This document shows positions 38,654 through 48,955 of a DNA stretch of 64,000 bases, piece by piece. The stretch is from an uncultured Bacillota bacterium. Lineage in GTDB: Bacteria > Sysuimicrobiota > Sysuimicrobiia > Sysuimicrobiales > Segetimicrobiaceae. The DNA is taken from positions 64,001-128,000 of the forward strand of contig CAWDRG010000004.1 of NCBI GenBank assembly GCA_963804645.1. Direction: 5' to 3'. The position numbers and the translations under genes were made by a program. A model generated the notes under the pieces. That model was not told the origin of the DNA, did not search any database, and was given only the letters and a program-made list of their open reading frames with translations. Numbering within the stretch: the first letter of the stretch is position 1; each line of letters opens with the position of its first letter.

Positions 38654-39949
38654 ATGGTCGTGGATCAGGCGCTGTACAGGCGGACGGAACTGCCGAACGG
38701 CCTCGTGGTGCTCACCGAGCCGATGGATCACGTGCGCACCGCCTCGCTCGGGGTGTGGATCGGCGCGGGCTCGCGCCACGAGCAGCGGGCGCAGATGGGG
38801 ATCTGCCACTTTATCGAGCACGCGTTGTTCAAGGGCACCGCGACCCGGTCCGCGCTCGAGATCGCCCAGGCGATGGACGCGATCGGCGGCCACCTGAACG
38901 CGTTCACGGACAAGGAGCACACCTGCTACTACCTGCGCGTCCTGAGCAACCATCTGGATGACGCGATGGCCGTCCTCGCTGACATGCTGCTGCACCCGGC
39001 GTTCGAGCCGGAGGCGCTCGAGCGCGAGCGGCAGGTCATCCTCGAAGAGATCCACATGTACGAGGATGCGCCCGACGACCTTGTGCACGATCTGTTCGCG
39101 TCGTCGATGTGGCCCGAGCACCCGCTCGGATGGCCGATCGCGGGTATCCACGAGACGGTCGCCCGGCTCAGCCGCGCCGATTTGATGGGGTTCCTGGGCG
39201 CGTACTGCCGGCCGAACGTGTCACTGCTGGCCGCGGCCGGGCGCCTGTCGCACGACGCGATCGTCGAGCTGGCCGAACGCGCGCTCGGCGCCTGGGACGG
39301 CCGGAGCGTCCCGACGGCGGTGTCGCCGCCGGTCACGCGGGCGGAGGTGGCGTTTCGGCACAAGGACATCGAGCAGGTGCACCTGTGTCTCGGCGTCCCG
39401 GGGTTTCCGCAGGCGCACCGCGACCGGTACGCGCTCGCCGTGCTGGACACGATCCTCGGCAGCGGGATGTCCAGCCGGCTGTTCCAGGAGATCCGCGAGG
39501 AGCGCGGGCTCGCGTACTCGATCTCCACGTACCACGCCGCGTACCGGGACGCCGGCGCGTTCGTGGTGTACGCCGGCACGAGCCCGGCGAGCGCGCGCGA
39601 AGTCGTGCACCTCGTGCTCGAGAATCTGGCGCGCGCCCGCGATGGACTCGACGCCGCGGAGATTGCCCGCGCGAAGGAGTCGCTGAAGGGCAGCCTGATG
39701 CTGGATTTGGAAACGCCGGGGAGCCGGATGAGCAAGCTCGCCCGCTCGGAGCAGTACTTCGGGCGGCAGCTCAGCCTCGATGAGATCATCGGCGCGGTGG
39801 ACGCGGTCACCCGCGACGACGTCCGGCGCGTCGCGGGCACGCTGTTCGTCCCCGACCGGGTGACGCTGGCGGCGATCGGGCCGTTCGACGAGCACCCCGG
39901 GCTGGCCGGGAGCCTGGACGCGGAGGTGCGTGCGCATGCCGGAGCATAG
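38654..39949 (+). CDS. M16-family zinc peptidase (MlpA/YmxG-like)
   Basis: HFIEHALFKGT (HxxEH), LNAFT, GMSSRLFQEIREERGLAYS. Confidence 0.92.
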   Translation: MVVDQALYRRTELPNGLVVLTEPMDHVRTASLGVWIGAGSRHEQRAQMGICHFIEHALFKGTATRSALEIAQAMDAIGGHLNAFTDKEHTCYYLRVLSNHLDDAMAVLADMLLHPAFEPEALERERQVILEEIHMYEDAPDDLVHDLFASSMWPEHPLGWPIAGIHETVARLSRADLMGFLGAYCRPNVSLLAAAGRLSHDAIVELAERALGAWDGRSVPTAVSPPVTRAEVAFRHKDIEQVHLCLGVPGFPQAHRDRYALAVLDTILGSGMSSRLFQEIREERGLAYSISTYHAAYRDAGAFVVYAGTSPASAREVVHLVLENLARARDGLDAAEIARAKESLKGSLMLDLETPGSRMSKLARSEQYFGRQLSLDEIIGAVDAVTRDDVRRVAGTLFVPDRVTLAAIGPFDEHPGLAGSLDAEVRAHAGA

Positions 39950-40742
39950 GGTCGTGATCGCCGGCGCGGCCGGCCGGATGGGCCGGGCCGCGGTGCGCGC
40001 GGTCGCGCGGCGGGACGACATGGAGCTCGTGGGGGCGCTCGGCCACACGGCGGCGGTCGGGCAGGACGCGGGCGTCGTCGCCGGGGCCGGTGCGCTCGGC
40101 GTGTCGATTGGCAGCGACCTCACCGCGCTGATGGCGAGCGCGCGTCCGACGGTGCTCGTCGATCTCAGCCGCGGGGAGCCGGCCGCGGCGCACGCCGAGG
40201 TCGCGCTCGCCCGGCGCGTGCCCGTCGTGATCGGCGCGACCGGGCTGCGGGCGGACGATCTCGCCCGGTTGTGCGAGCGAGCCCGCGCCGAGCGCGTCGG
40301 GGTGCTGCTCGCGCCGAACTTTGCCCTCGGGGCGCTCCTGATGATGGAGTTCGCGCAGCGGGCCGCGCGGTTTTTCCCGCACGTGGAGATCACGGAGCTG
40401 CACCACGACCGCAAGCGCGACGCGCCGTCCGGCACGGCCGCGCGCACGGCGCACCTGATTGCGGCCGCCCGCGGCGACGCCCCCGCGCCGGCCGTCGCCG
40501 AGGTCGAGATGGTTCCGGGCGCGCGCGGCGGCGTGATCGACGGGGTGCACGTGCACAGCGTGCGGCTGCCGGGCCTCGTGGCGCACCAGGAGGTGCTGTT
40601 CGGCGGTCCCGGGCAGACGCTCCTGATCCGGCACGACTCGATGAACGAAGAGTCGTTCATGCCGGGCCTCTTGCTCGCCATCGAGCGCGTCGGCGGGCTG
40701 CACGAGTTGGTGGAGGGCCTTGAGCATGTGCTCGACGGGTAG
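39936..40742 (+). CDS. dapB: 4-hydroxy-tetrahydrodipicolinate reductase
   Basis: GAAGRMG, IGATG, APNFALG, ELHHDRKRDAPSGTA, HSVRLPG. Confidence 0.95.
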   Translation: MPEHRVVIAGAAGRMGRAAVRAVARRDDMELVGALGHTAAVGQDAGVVAGAGALGVSIGSDLTALMASARPTVLVDLSRGEPAAAHAEVALARRVPVVIGATGLRADDLARLCERARAERVGVLLAPNFALGALLMMEFAQRAARFFPHVEITELHHDRKRDAPSGTAARTAHLIAAARGDAPAPAVAEVEMVPGARGGVIDGVHVHSVRLPGLVAHQEVLFGGPGQTLLIRHDSMNEESFMPGLLLAIERVGGLHELVEGLEHVLDG

Positions 40743-40772
40743 GAGCCGCGGCGCGGACGCAGGAGGTGGAGC

Positions 40773-41798
40773 ATGGCGGGCTATCGGGTAGCGGTCGTGG
40801 GCGCCACGGGCGCCGTGGGACGCGAAGTGTTGGAGATCCTCGAGGCGCGCCACTTCCCCGCGGCCTCGGTGCGGGCGATCGCGTCCGCGCGTTCGGCGGG
40901 GAAGCGGCTCGGCGGGCTCGTCGTCGAGGCGATCGCGCCGTCCGTGTTCGAGGGGATCGACCTGGCGATCTTCGACACGCCGGATGAGGCGGCGCGCGAG
41001 TGGGTGCCCGTGGCCGTGGAGCGGGGGGCGCTCGTCATCGACAACTCGGCGGCGTTTCGGATGGCGCCCGATGTGCCGCTCGTCATCCCCGAAGTGAACC
41101 CGGAGGCGCTGCGCCGCGCGCCGCGGCGGATCATCGCGAACCCGAACTGCACGACGGCGACGATCGCGGTGCCGCTCGCGCCGCTCCACCGCGACGCCGG
41201 GCTCGTCCGCCTGATCGCGTGCTCGTACCAGTCGGTCTCCGGCACGGGGCAGGCGGGGCTTGAGCAGCTGTGGGCCGAGGTGGGGACGGCGGCGCGTACT
41301 GGCGTGCCGCCGGACGCGCCCGGCGGCACGGCGTTTCGGCAGCCGATCGCCATGAACATTCTGCCCGCGGTCGGCTCGTTCCGCGGCGACCACACGAGCG
41401 AGGAGCTGAAGGTGGAGGCGGAACTCCGGAAGATGCTCGACGCCCCGACCCTCGTCGTGGGCGCCACGTGCGTGCGCGTGCCGACGCTCCGCGCGCACGG
41501 GGTCGCGGCCCACGCGGAGTTCGCCCGGCCGCTGTCGGCCGAGCGGGCGCGCGCGCTCCTGGCGGAGGCCCCCGGCGTGGAGGTCGTGGACGCCGCCGGC
41601 GACGGACGCGTCCCGACGGCGCTGCTCGCGGCGGGCACGGACCCGTGTTTCGTCGGCCGGATCCGCGTCGACGGCGCGGGGATGCTCGCGTTCTTCGCGG
41701 TGGCCGACAATCTCCGCAAGGGCGCGGCGCTCAACACCGTGCAGATCGCCGAGGCGGTCGTGCGCGACGGCATCCTGCTCGGTGCCGCGGCGTCGTGA
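40773..41798 (+). CDS. asd: Aspartate-semialdehyde dehydrogenase
   Basis: GATGAVG, IDNSAAFR, IANPNCTT, YQSVSGTG, CVRVP, DNLRKGAALN. Confidence 0.95.
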   Translation: MAGYRVAVVGATGAVGREVLEILEARHFPAASVRAIASARSAGKRLGGLVVEAIAPSVFEGIDLAIFDTPDEAAREWVPVAVERGALVIDNSAAFRMAPDVPLVIPEVNPEALRRAPRRIIANPNCTTATIAVPLAPLHRDAGLVRLIACSYQSVSGTGQAGLEQLWAEVGTAARTGVPPDAPGGTAFRQPIAMNILPAVGSFRGDHTSEELKVEAELRKMLDAPTLVVGATCVRVPTLRAHGVAAHAEFARPLSAERARALLAEAPGVEVVDAAGDGRVPTALLAAGTDPCFVGRIRVDGAGMLAFFAVADNLRKGAALNTVQIAEAVVRDGILLGAAAS

Positions 41799-41918
41799 GC
41801 GCGGCGGCTCGGCAGGAGCGGACGCCGCGCATCCGGAACGTTTGAGGAAGACCCGCGCGCGTCGCGCGGGAAGCCGCGGCGAGTGGGATCGCCGCGAGCG
41901 TGGGGAGGTGGGGAAGCG

Positions 41919-42806
41919 ATGGCCGAGTTCGGACGCGTGATCACCGCCATGGTTACACCCATGGACCGCACCCTTGCGGTGGATTACGACAAGGCGGCGG
42001 CCCTCGCGAAGCGCCTCGTCGAGGGGGGATCCGACGGCCTCGTCGTCGCCGGAACGACGGGCGAGTCGCCCACCCTCACCGATGAGGAGCGGATCCGTCT
42101 GTTCCGGACCGTGAAGGAGGCGGTCGGCGGCGGCACCGCCGTGATCGCCGGCACCGGCACGTACGATACCGCGCACAGCATCCATTTGACGGAAGAGGCC
42201 GAGCGGGCCGGATGCGACGGCATCCTGCTCGTCAACCCGTACTACAACAAGCCGTCACAGGAAGGGCTGTACCAGCACTTCAAGGCGATCGCGGCCCGGA
42301 CGCACCTGCCCGTCATGCTCTACAATATCCAGGGCCGGACGGCGGTGAACTGCGAGCCGCAGACGATCGCGCGGCTGGCCGAGGTCCCGAACATCGTCGC
42401 GGTCAAGGAGGCGAGCGGCAGCCTCGATCAGATGTCGCAGATCCGCAAGCTGACCCCGCCGTCCTTCAAGCTGTACAGCGGCGACGACTCGCTGACGCTG
42501 CCGCTGCTGGCCGTCGGAGGATCGGGCGTCGTGAGCGTCGCCTCGCACGTCGCCGGCCGTGAGATCGGCGAGATGATCGACGCGTTTTTCGCGGGGAACG
42601 TCCGCCGCGCCACCGAGCTGCACCTGCGCCTGTGGCCGCTGTTCAAGGTGCTGTTCATCACCTCGAACCCCACGCCGGTCAAGGCCGCGCTGGCGCTGAC
42701 GGGATTCGACTGCGGCGGCCTGCGGCTGCCGCTCCTCGAGGCGACGCCCAAGGAGCGGGAGCAGATCGCGGCGGTCCTCAAGCAGTTTGCGCTGGTGGCG
42801 GCCTGA
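41919..42806 (+). CDS. dapA: 4-hydroxy-tetrahydrodipicolinate synthase
   Basis: TAMVTP, GTTGESPTL, PYYNKP, LYNI.GRT, VKEASG, SGDD. Confidence 0.95.
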   Translation: MAEFGRVITAMVTPMDRTLAVDYDKAAALAKRLVEGGSDGLVVAGTTGESPTLTDEERIRLFRTVKEAVGGGTAVIAGTGTYDTAHSIHLTEEAERAGCDGILLVNPYYNKPSQEGLYQHFKAIAARTHLPVMLYNIQGRTAVNCEPQTIARLAEVPNIVAVKEASGSLDQMSQIRKLTPPSFKLYSGDDSLTLPLLAVGGSGVVSVASHVAGREIGEMIDAFFAGNVRRATELHLRLWPLFKVLFITSNPTPVKAALALTGFDCGGLRLPLLEATPKEREQIAAVLKQFALVAA

Positions 42807-43405
42807 CCGAACAGCGCGCGCCGTCCACGACCGACCGGCTCGGAGCCCTGCACAGCCGGATCCGCCGGTGCCGCCGCTGCCCGCTGTGGCAGACCCGGAC
42901 GCACGCGGTGCCGGGTGAGGGGCCGGCGCGGGCCCGGGTCGTGTTCGTCGGGGAGGGACCGGGCCGGCAGGAAGACGCGACCGGGCGGCCGTTCGTCGGG
43001 CGGGCCGGGCAGCTGCTCGACGCGCTGCTGCAGCACGCGGGCCTCAATCGGGGCGAGGTGTACATCACGAACGTTCTGAAGGACCGGGCGGCGACACCCG
43101 GATCGCCCCCGCGCGATCGGGCGCCGGCGCCCGCAGAAGTGCGCGCGTGCGCGCCGTGGCTCGATGCGCAGCTGCGGCTGATCCGTCCTCGGATCATCGT
43201 CACGCTCGGCCGGCATTCGCTCGACGCCTTCTTGCCCGGGCTGCGCATCGCGGACGTCCACGGACGTCCCCAGCGGCGCGGCGGGCGCACGATCCTGCCG
43301 CTGTACCATCCGTCGTACGCGCTCCACAATCCGGCGGTCCGCCCGATCCTGTTTCGGGACGTCCGCGCCCTCCGCACGCTGATGCGGGGGCGGGCGAGCC
43401 GCTGA
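42803..43405 (+). CDS. Family 4 uracil-DNA glycosylase (start uncertain, CTG 42803 assumed)
   Basis: CRRCPL, VPGEG, FVGEGPG, GRPFVGRAG, ITNVLK, YHPS. Confidence 0.85.
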   Translation: MTEQRAPSTTDRLGALHSRIRRCRRCPLWQTRTHAVPGEGPARARVVFVGEGPGRQEDATGRPFVGRAGQLLDALLQHAGLNRGEVYITNVLKDRAATPGSPPRDRAPAPAEVRACAPWLDAQLRLIRPRIIVTLGRHSLDAFLPGLRIADVHGRPQRRGGRTILPLYHPSYALHNPAVRPILFRDVRALRTLMRGRASR

Positions 43406-45228
43406 TGCCTGCGGCGCCGAACCCCGGGCAGGGCCGCACGGCCCCCGGGTCGTCCGCGCCGTCGCGGCGCCGCGGGCGGACCCGGCGGCCGCGGACCGCG
43501 GACCGTCCGGCCCAGGCGCGTCCCGCTCAAGAGCGTCCGGCTCAGGCGCGTCCGTCTCAAGAGCGTCCGGCTCCGGCGCGCGCGTCGGGACCGACGATGC
43601 AGATCATCCCGCTCGGGGGCCTCGGCGAGATCGGCAAGAATACTACGGCGTTGCGGGTCGGCCAGGACGTCCTCGTCGTCGACGCCGGCCTCTCGTTCCC
43701 GGACGAGGAGATGCCCGGCATCGACCTGGTGATCCCCGACTATCGGTTTCTTGCCTCCGGCGGCACGCTGCACGGGATCGTCCTCACCCACGGCCACGAG
43801 GACCACGTGGGCAGCCTGCCGTTTCTGCTGCAGACCGCCGCGGCGCCGGTCTACGGCACGCCGCTGACACTCGGGCTCGCGCGGCGCCGGGTGCAGGAGT
43901 CGCCGAACACTCCGAAGATGGTCGAGGTCCCGGTGGCGCCGCGCCAGCCCGTGACGATCGGCCCGTTCGAGGTCGAGTTCGTGCACGTGAACCACAGCAT
44001 CCCGCAGTCGAGTTCCGTCGTCGTGCGCACGCGGGCGGGGACCGTGATGTGGACGAGCGATTTCAAGTTCGACCAGACGCCGATCGGCGATCAGCCGACG
44101 GACTTCGCGCGCCTGGCCGAGATCGGGGAGGCTGGCGTCGACGTCCTGCTGATGGACTCGACGAACGTCGAACGTCCGGGCTACGCGCCGTCCGAGCGCA
44201 TGGTCGGGGCGGCCCTCGACGCGATCTTCGCGCGCGTGCCCGGCCGCGTGCTGGTGACCACGTTTGCGAGCAACGTCCACCGCGTGCAGCAGGTGATCAC
44301 GACCTCGGCGCGCCACGACCGGAAGGTCGCGCTGGCCGGGCGCAGCATGGTGGACACCGTCACGATCGCCTCCGAGTTGGGCGCGCTCGACGTGCCCCGC
44401 GGGATCCTGATCCCGCTCGAGGAGGTGCGGAGCCTTCGCGACCGCAACGTGACGATCCTCACCACCGGCAGCCAGGGCGAGCCGCTGTCGGCGCTGACGC
44501 GCATGGCGATGGGCCAGCACCGCACCGTGACGATCAAGACCGGCGACACGGTGATCTTGTCCGCGACCCCGATCCCGGGCAACGAGGGCATGGTGGCGCG
44601 GACGATCGATCATCTCTACCGGCAGGGGGCGGAGGTGATTCACGGCGCCTCCGTGCACGCGTCCGGCCACGCGTGTCAGGAAGAGCTGAAGTTGATGCTG
44701 ACCCTCGTCCGGCCCCACTTCTTCGTCCCGGTCCACGGCGAGTACCGCCACCTCGTGCTCAACCGGCGGCTGGCGGCGACGGTGGGCATCCCGGAGGAAC
44801 GAAGCCTGCTGATGGAGAATGGGCAGGTGGTCGAAGTGGGCAATGGGCGCATGGCGCGGGCCGGGACGGTCGAGCACGGGTCGGTGCTTGTGGACGGGCT
44901 CGGCGGCGTCGGCGCGGTCGTGCTGCGGGATCGCCGGCAGCTGGCGCAGGACGGGGTGCTGATCGCGCTGGTCGCACTCGACCGGCAGTCCGGCGAACTG
45001 CTGATGGATCCGGACATCGTGTCCCGCGGATTCGTGTACATGCGGGAGTCCGGCGAGCTGATCGAGGAGTGCAAGCGGCGGATCAAAGCGGCGGTCGCCC
45101 GCTGTCGGGAACAGGGCACGCCGGACTGGTCCGCGGTGAGAGCGGCGATACGGGAGGTCTTGGGGAAGTACCTGTTTGAAAAGACACGGCGTCAGCCGAT
45201 GATCCTACCGATGCTCGTAGAAGTGTAA
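43405..45228 (+). CDS. rnj: Ribonuclease J with a low-complexity N-terminal extension
   Basis: PLGGLGEIGKN, THGHEDHVG, HSIP, DFKFD, FASNVHR, TGSQGEP, HASGH, PVHGE. Confidence 0.95.
   Translation: MPAAPNPGQGRTAPGSSAPSRRRGRTRRPRTADRPAQARPAQERPAQARPSQERPAPARASGPTMQIIPLGGLGEIGKNTTALRVGQDVLVVDAGLSFPDEEMPGIDLVIPDYRFLASGGTLHGIVLTHGHEDHVGSLPFLLQTAAAPVYGTPLTLGLARRRVQESPNTPKMVEVPVAPRQPVTIGPFEVEFVHVNHSIPQSSSVVVRTRAGTVMWTSDFKFDQTPIGDQPTDFARLAEIGEAGVDVLLMDSTNVERPGYAPSERMVGAALDAIFARVPGRVLVTTFASNVHRVQQVITTSARHDRKVALAGRSMVDTVTIASELGALDVPRGILIPLEEVRSLRDRNVTILTTGSQGEPLSALTRMAMGQHRTVTIKTGDTVILSATPIPGNEGMVARTIDHLYRQGAEVIHGASVHASGHACQEELKLMLTLVRPHFFVPVHGEYRHLVLNRRLAATVGIPEERSLLMENGQVVEVGNGRMARAGTVEHGSVLVDGLGGVGAVVLRDRRQLAQDGVLIALVALDRQSGELLMDPDIVSRGFVYMRESGELIEECKRRIKAAVARCREQGTPDWSAVRAAIREVLGKYLFEKTRRQPMILPMLVEV
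43504..43578 (+). repeat. Five imperfect 15-bp coding tandem repeats (RPAQA/RPAQE)
   Basis: cgtccggcccaggcg cgtcccgctcaagag cgtccggctcaggcg cgtccgtctcaagag cgtccggctccggcg. Confidence 0.85.
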
Positions 45229-45308
45229 CCGCAGCCGAACGCAGGCGCCCGGAGTTGGCCGACCGGACCAGTAGACGCAGCAACCGATCGCACCAGAGGA
45301 GGACGCAC

Positions 45309-47873
45309 GTGGCCAGACGGAAGCCGTCCCGCGGCGGCTGGGCGTTGCCTCTCGGGGCCGCGATGACCGCGGTCGCCGTGTTGATCGTCGTCAGCCTCGT
45401 TCCACAGCAGCACGCGGTGGTGCCCCGGTGGTTCGCCGCCCGCCTCGGGCAGGCGTTCGGGCTCGGGGTCGACGTGCTTCCCGTGATACTCGGCGTGTTC
45501 GGGCTCTTCTTTGTCATGCGCCGGCAGGTGCGGCTGACGTCCCAGCTGCTCGGCCTGCTCCTCGGGTATGCCGTGCTGCTCACGGCATTCCACCTTCGAT
45601 ATCCCGCCGGCAGCGAGTGGCTTGCGGCGTTCGGACGCAAGGGCGGCGGCTACGTGGGCGCGGCGTTCGCCGTCGCCCTCCGTCGGGCGCTGGGGGAACC
45701 GGGACTCTGGACCGCGGTCGTGCTGGGTGCGGGAGTCAGCCTTGTGTTGCTCTCGGGCGCGTCGTTCCACGACGCTCTGTGGCTCGCGCTCCGGGGACTG
45801 CAAGCGCTCGGGCGCCTCGCCCTCCAGGGACTGTACCGTCTGTCCACCGGCATGGCGGCCGTCTTCGTCTTCCTCTACCGGCGTGGCGGTCCGGCGCTCG
45901 CGTCCGTCGTCCGCCGGGTCGCCCGGGCCGGGTGGGCCGCGAGCGACGCGCTGGCCAGATGGACCGGGGCGGTCGTGCGCGAAGGCGTCCGGCGGATGCT
46001 GGCGGCGCGTCAGGCGCGCCCGCAGACGGCCGGACTGGATCCGATCCTCGCGTCGGCGGGCGGGATCGCGGTCGACGCGCGCCGCCCGGCGTTTGAGGCC
46101 GACACGCACAGCGCCACGCGGGAGGCCGCGGACACTCTCCACCTCCCGCGTCCGTCCGAGGACCGGTCGGCCGCCGCGCCGGAGCCGGGGCCCGAGGATG
46201 TCGGTGAGGACGCGGCGCTCGCGCAGACGCTGGACGCCGAACTCCAGGCGCCGCCGGAGGCGGCAGTCCACGACGCGGAGCCGGAGGAGCCGGTGCCGCC
46301 GGCCGCGGAGATCCCCGTGACTGCCGAGGCGGCCGCGGCGAAAAGCGGAAGGGCGGCGGGTGCGTCGCGGCGCCGGAAGGTCGCGGTCGTGCAGGAGGCG
46401 CTGCCGTTTCCCCCGGCGGCGGCCCGCGCGTATACGCTGCCGGATCTCTCGCTCTTGGACGCGTTCGCGGCGAAGGCCAAGGCCGGCAAGGTGGATCCCG
46501 AGGAGGTCGCGCGCGCCCTCGAGCGGACGCTCCAAAGCTTCGGCGTCGAGGCCAAGGTCATTCGGTGGGAAGCCGGCCCGGTGGTGACGCGCTACGAGCT
46601 GCAGCCCGCGCCCGGGGTCAAAGTCCAGAAGATCACGAGCCTGCAGAACGACATCGCGCTCGCACTCGCGGCGAGCAGCGTGCGCCTGGAGGCCCCGATC
46701 CCGGGGAAGTCCGCGGTCGGCGTTGAGCTGCCGAACGAGCGTGCCAGCCTCGTCCACCTGCGCGAGGTCCTCGCGAGCGACGAGTTCCGCGCGGCGACCT
46801 CGCCGCTCGGCGTCGCGGTCGGCAAGAGCACCTCCGGCGCGCCGGTCGTGGCGGACCTCGTCGCGATGCCGCATCTGTTGATCGCAGGCGCGACCGGCGC
46901 CGGCAAGAGCGTCATGCTGAACGCGATGATCGCGAGCATGCTGTTCCGGTCGACACCCGAGCAGGTGCGGTTCTTGATGATCGACCCGAAGCGGGTGGAG
47001 CTGACGAACTACAACGGGATCCCGCACCTGTTGAGTCCGGTGGTGACCGGGCCGCGGGAGGCGGCGGCGAAGCTGCGCTGGGCGATCCAGGAGATGGAAG
47101 GCCGGTACGAGATGTTTGCCAGCGACGGTGTGCGCAACATCCAGGCGTTCAACGCGCAGCACCCCGACCGCCCCCTCGCGTACATCGTGATCATCGTCGA
47201 CGAGCTCGCCGATCTGATGATGGTCGCGCCAGCGGACTTCGAAGAGATTATCTGCCGGCTGGCGCAGATGACGCGCGCCACCGGGATCCACCTGCTCGTC
47301 GCCACGCAGCGGCCGTCCGTCGACGTGATCACCGGCCTCATCAAGGCCAACATTCCGTCGCGGATCGCGTTCGCGGTGAGCTCGCTCGTGGACAGCCGCA
47401 CGATCCTCGATCACCCCGGGGCGGAGCGGCTTCTCGGGAAGGGCGACATGCTGTTCGCGCCGATCGGCGCGACCCGCCCGATGCGCGTGCAGGGGGCGTT
47501 CATCAGCGACGCCGAAACCGAGCGGCTCGTCGAGTTCTGGCGGGCGCAGGGGGAGCCGGCGTATGTGGAGGCGCTGCTCGCGGCGACCGAGCCGGCGCCC
47601 GCGGAGGAGGGGGCGGGGGACGACGCGCTGCTCGTCGACGCGGCGCGTCTCATCGTGCGGTCCGGGTACGCGTCGGTCTCGCTGCTGCAGCGCAAGATGC
47701 GGATCGGCTACGTCCGGGCGGCCCGTGTCGTCGATCAACTGGAGGAAAAAGGGATCGTAGGGCCGTCGCAAGGCAGCAGCCCCCGCGACGTGTTGGTGGG
47801 GATCGACGACCTGGAACGCGTGCTCCGCAGCGGCGTCCAGCGGCCCGCGGCCGACGGCGACGACGAGGCCTAG
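45309..47873 (+). CDS. ftsK: DNA translocase FtsK/SpoIIIE
   Basis: N-terminal TMs, PHLLIAGATGAGKS, IDPKRVEL, VDELADLM, ATQRPSVDVITG, gamma domain SLLQRKMRIGY. Confidence 0.95.
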   Translation: MARRKPSRGGWALPLGAAMTAVAVLIVVSLVPQQHAVVPRWFAARLGQAFGLGVDVLPVILGVFGLFFVMRRQVRLTSQLLGLLLGYAVLLTAFHLRYPAGSEWLAAFGRKGGGYVGAAFAVALRRALGEPGLWTAVVLGAGVSLVLLSGASFHDALWLALRGLQALGRLALQGLYRLSTGMAAVFVFLYRRGGPALASVVRRVARAGWAASDALARWTGAVVREGVRRMLAARQARPQTAGLDPILASAGGIAVDARRPAFEADTHSATREAADTLHLPRPSEDRSAAAPEPGPEDVGEDAALAQTLDAELQAPPEAAVHDAEPEEPVPPAAEIPVTAEAAAAKSGRAAGASRRRKVAVVQEALPFPPAAARAYTLPDLSLLDAFAAKAKAGKVDPEEVARALERTLQSFGVEAKVIRWEAGPVVTRYELQPAPGVKVQKITSLQNDIALALAASSVRLEAPIPGKSAVGVELPNERASLVHLREVLASDEFRAATSPLGVAVGKSTSGAPVVADLVAMPHLLIAGATGAGKSVMLNAMIASMLFRSTPEQVRFLMIDPKRVELTNYNGIPHLLSPVVTGPREAAAKLRWAIQEMEGRYEMFASDGVRNIQAFNAQHPDRPLAYIVIIVDELADLMMVAPADFEEIICRLAQMTRATGIHLLVATQRPSVDVITGLIKANIPSRIAFAVSSLVDSRTILDHPGAERLLGKGDMLFAPIGATRPMRVQGAFISDAETERLVEFWRAQGEPAYVEALLAATEPAPAEEGAGDDALLVDAARLIVRSGYASVSLLQRKMRIGYVRAARVVDQLEEKGIVGPSQGSSPRDVLVGIDDLERVLRSGVQRPAADGDDEA

Positions 47874-47927
47874 CGCCGTGGGCGGCTCCGCAGGAACACG
47901 CCGGGCCGTCCAAGAACTGCGCGCGCG

Positions 47928-48899
47928 ATGAGCACCGTGGGCATCGGCGTGCGGTTGAAGAACGCGCGGCAGGCGCGCGGGCTGTCGCTCGAGGACATCG
48001 AGGCCGCGACGCGGATCCGCCGCCGGTACCTAGAGGCACTCGAAGAGGAGGCGTTCGACCGGCTGCCGGCGCCGGTGTACGTCAAGGGCTTCCTCGGCGG
48101 CTACGCCACGTATCTCGGATTCTCGCCGGACGAGATCCAGGAGATGTATCGGGATCTCGAGGGCGAGGTGCATCCGGGAGAGGCCCCGGTCGACGTGCGG
48201 ATCACGCCCGTGACCCCGCACTCGCGGGTCCGGCGCACCGTCCTGATCCTCTCGCTGATCGTGCTCGTCGCGGCGTACTTCTCGTACGTCGCGTACATCC
48301 AGTTCCGGCAGTTCGTCTCCACCCCCGCCGTACAGGCGCCCGCGGCGGTCTCCGGCGTCTCCGCCTCCGCGCCGTCGGCGGCCGCGCCCGTCCTCACCGG
48401 CCAGGTACCGGCGCCCGTGTCCGGGACCACCGCGATTGCCCCGCCGCCGACGGTGTCGGGTAGCGCCGCGGCTGCCGTCCCGTCGACGGTCTCCGGGACC
48501 GCCCCGGCCGCCGGCCCATCCACGCCGTCTGCGAGCGGGCAGGTGCCACCTCCGCCGACCTTCACGGTGACGGTGTCGGGCAGCGCACCGTCTCCCGTGT
48601 CCGCTGACGCGCCGGCGCCGGCCGCGCCCGCGGTGCCGCCGATGGTGGTCGCGGGCCCCGTGGTCGTCATGGTCGACGCATCGGACCGCTCCTGGGTCCG
48701 GGCGGTGGCCGACGGGGTGACGGTCTTCGAGGGGTTTCTCAGCGCGGGGGATCACCAGGTCTGGCAGGCGAACCACCAACTGAGCCTCCGCGTCGGGAAC
48801 GCGAGCGCCGTGACCCTGACCGTCGATGGCCAGTCGGTGGGCCGACTGGGGAATCCCGGAGACGTCGTCGACCGGGTCTTCACCGCCGCGCCGAAGTGA
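47928..48899 (+). CDS. rodZ: RodZ-like protein (HTH, TM, DUF4115)
   Basis: LKNARQARGLSLEDI...TRIRRRYLEALE...YVKGFL; C-terminal SWVRAVADG...LRVGNAS. Confidence 0.85.
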   Translation: MSTVGIGVRLKNARQARGLSLEDIEAATRIRRRYLEALEEEAFDRLPAPVYVKGFLGGYATYLGFSPDEIQEMYRDLEGEVHPGEAPVDVRITPVTPHSRVRRTVLILSLIVLVAAYFSYVAYIQFRQFVSTPAVQAPAAVSGVSASAPSAAAPVLTGQVPAPVSGTTAIAPPPTVSGSAAAAVPSTVSGTAPAAGPSTPSASGQVPPPPTFTVTVSGSAPSPVSADAPAPAAPAVPPMVVAGPVVVMVDASDRSWVRAVADGVTVFEGFLSAGDHQVWQANHQLSLRVGNASAVTLTVDGQSVGRLGNPGDVVDRVFTAAPK

Positions 48900-48955
48900 G
48901 CGTCCCGCCGGGCGCGGGGAGCGCGCCGCCGTCGCGCGCAGAGAGGGAGACTGCG

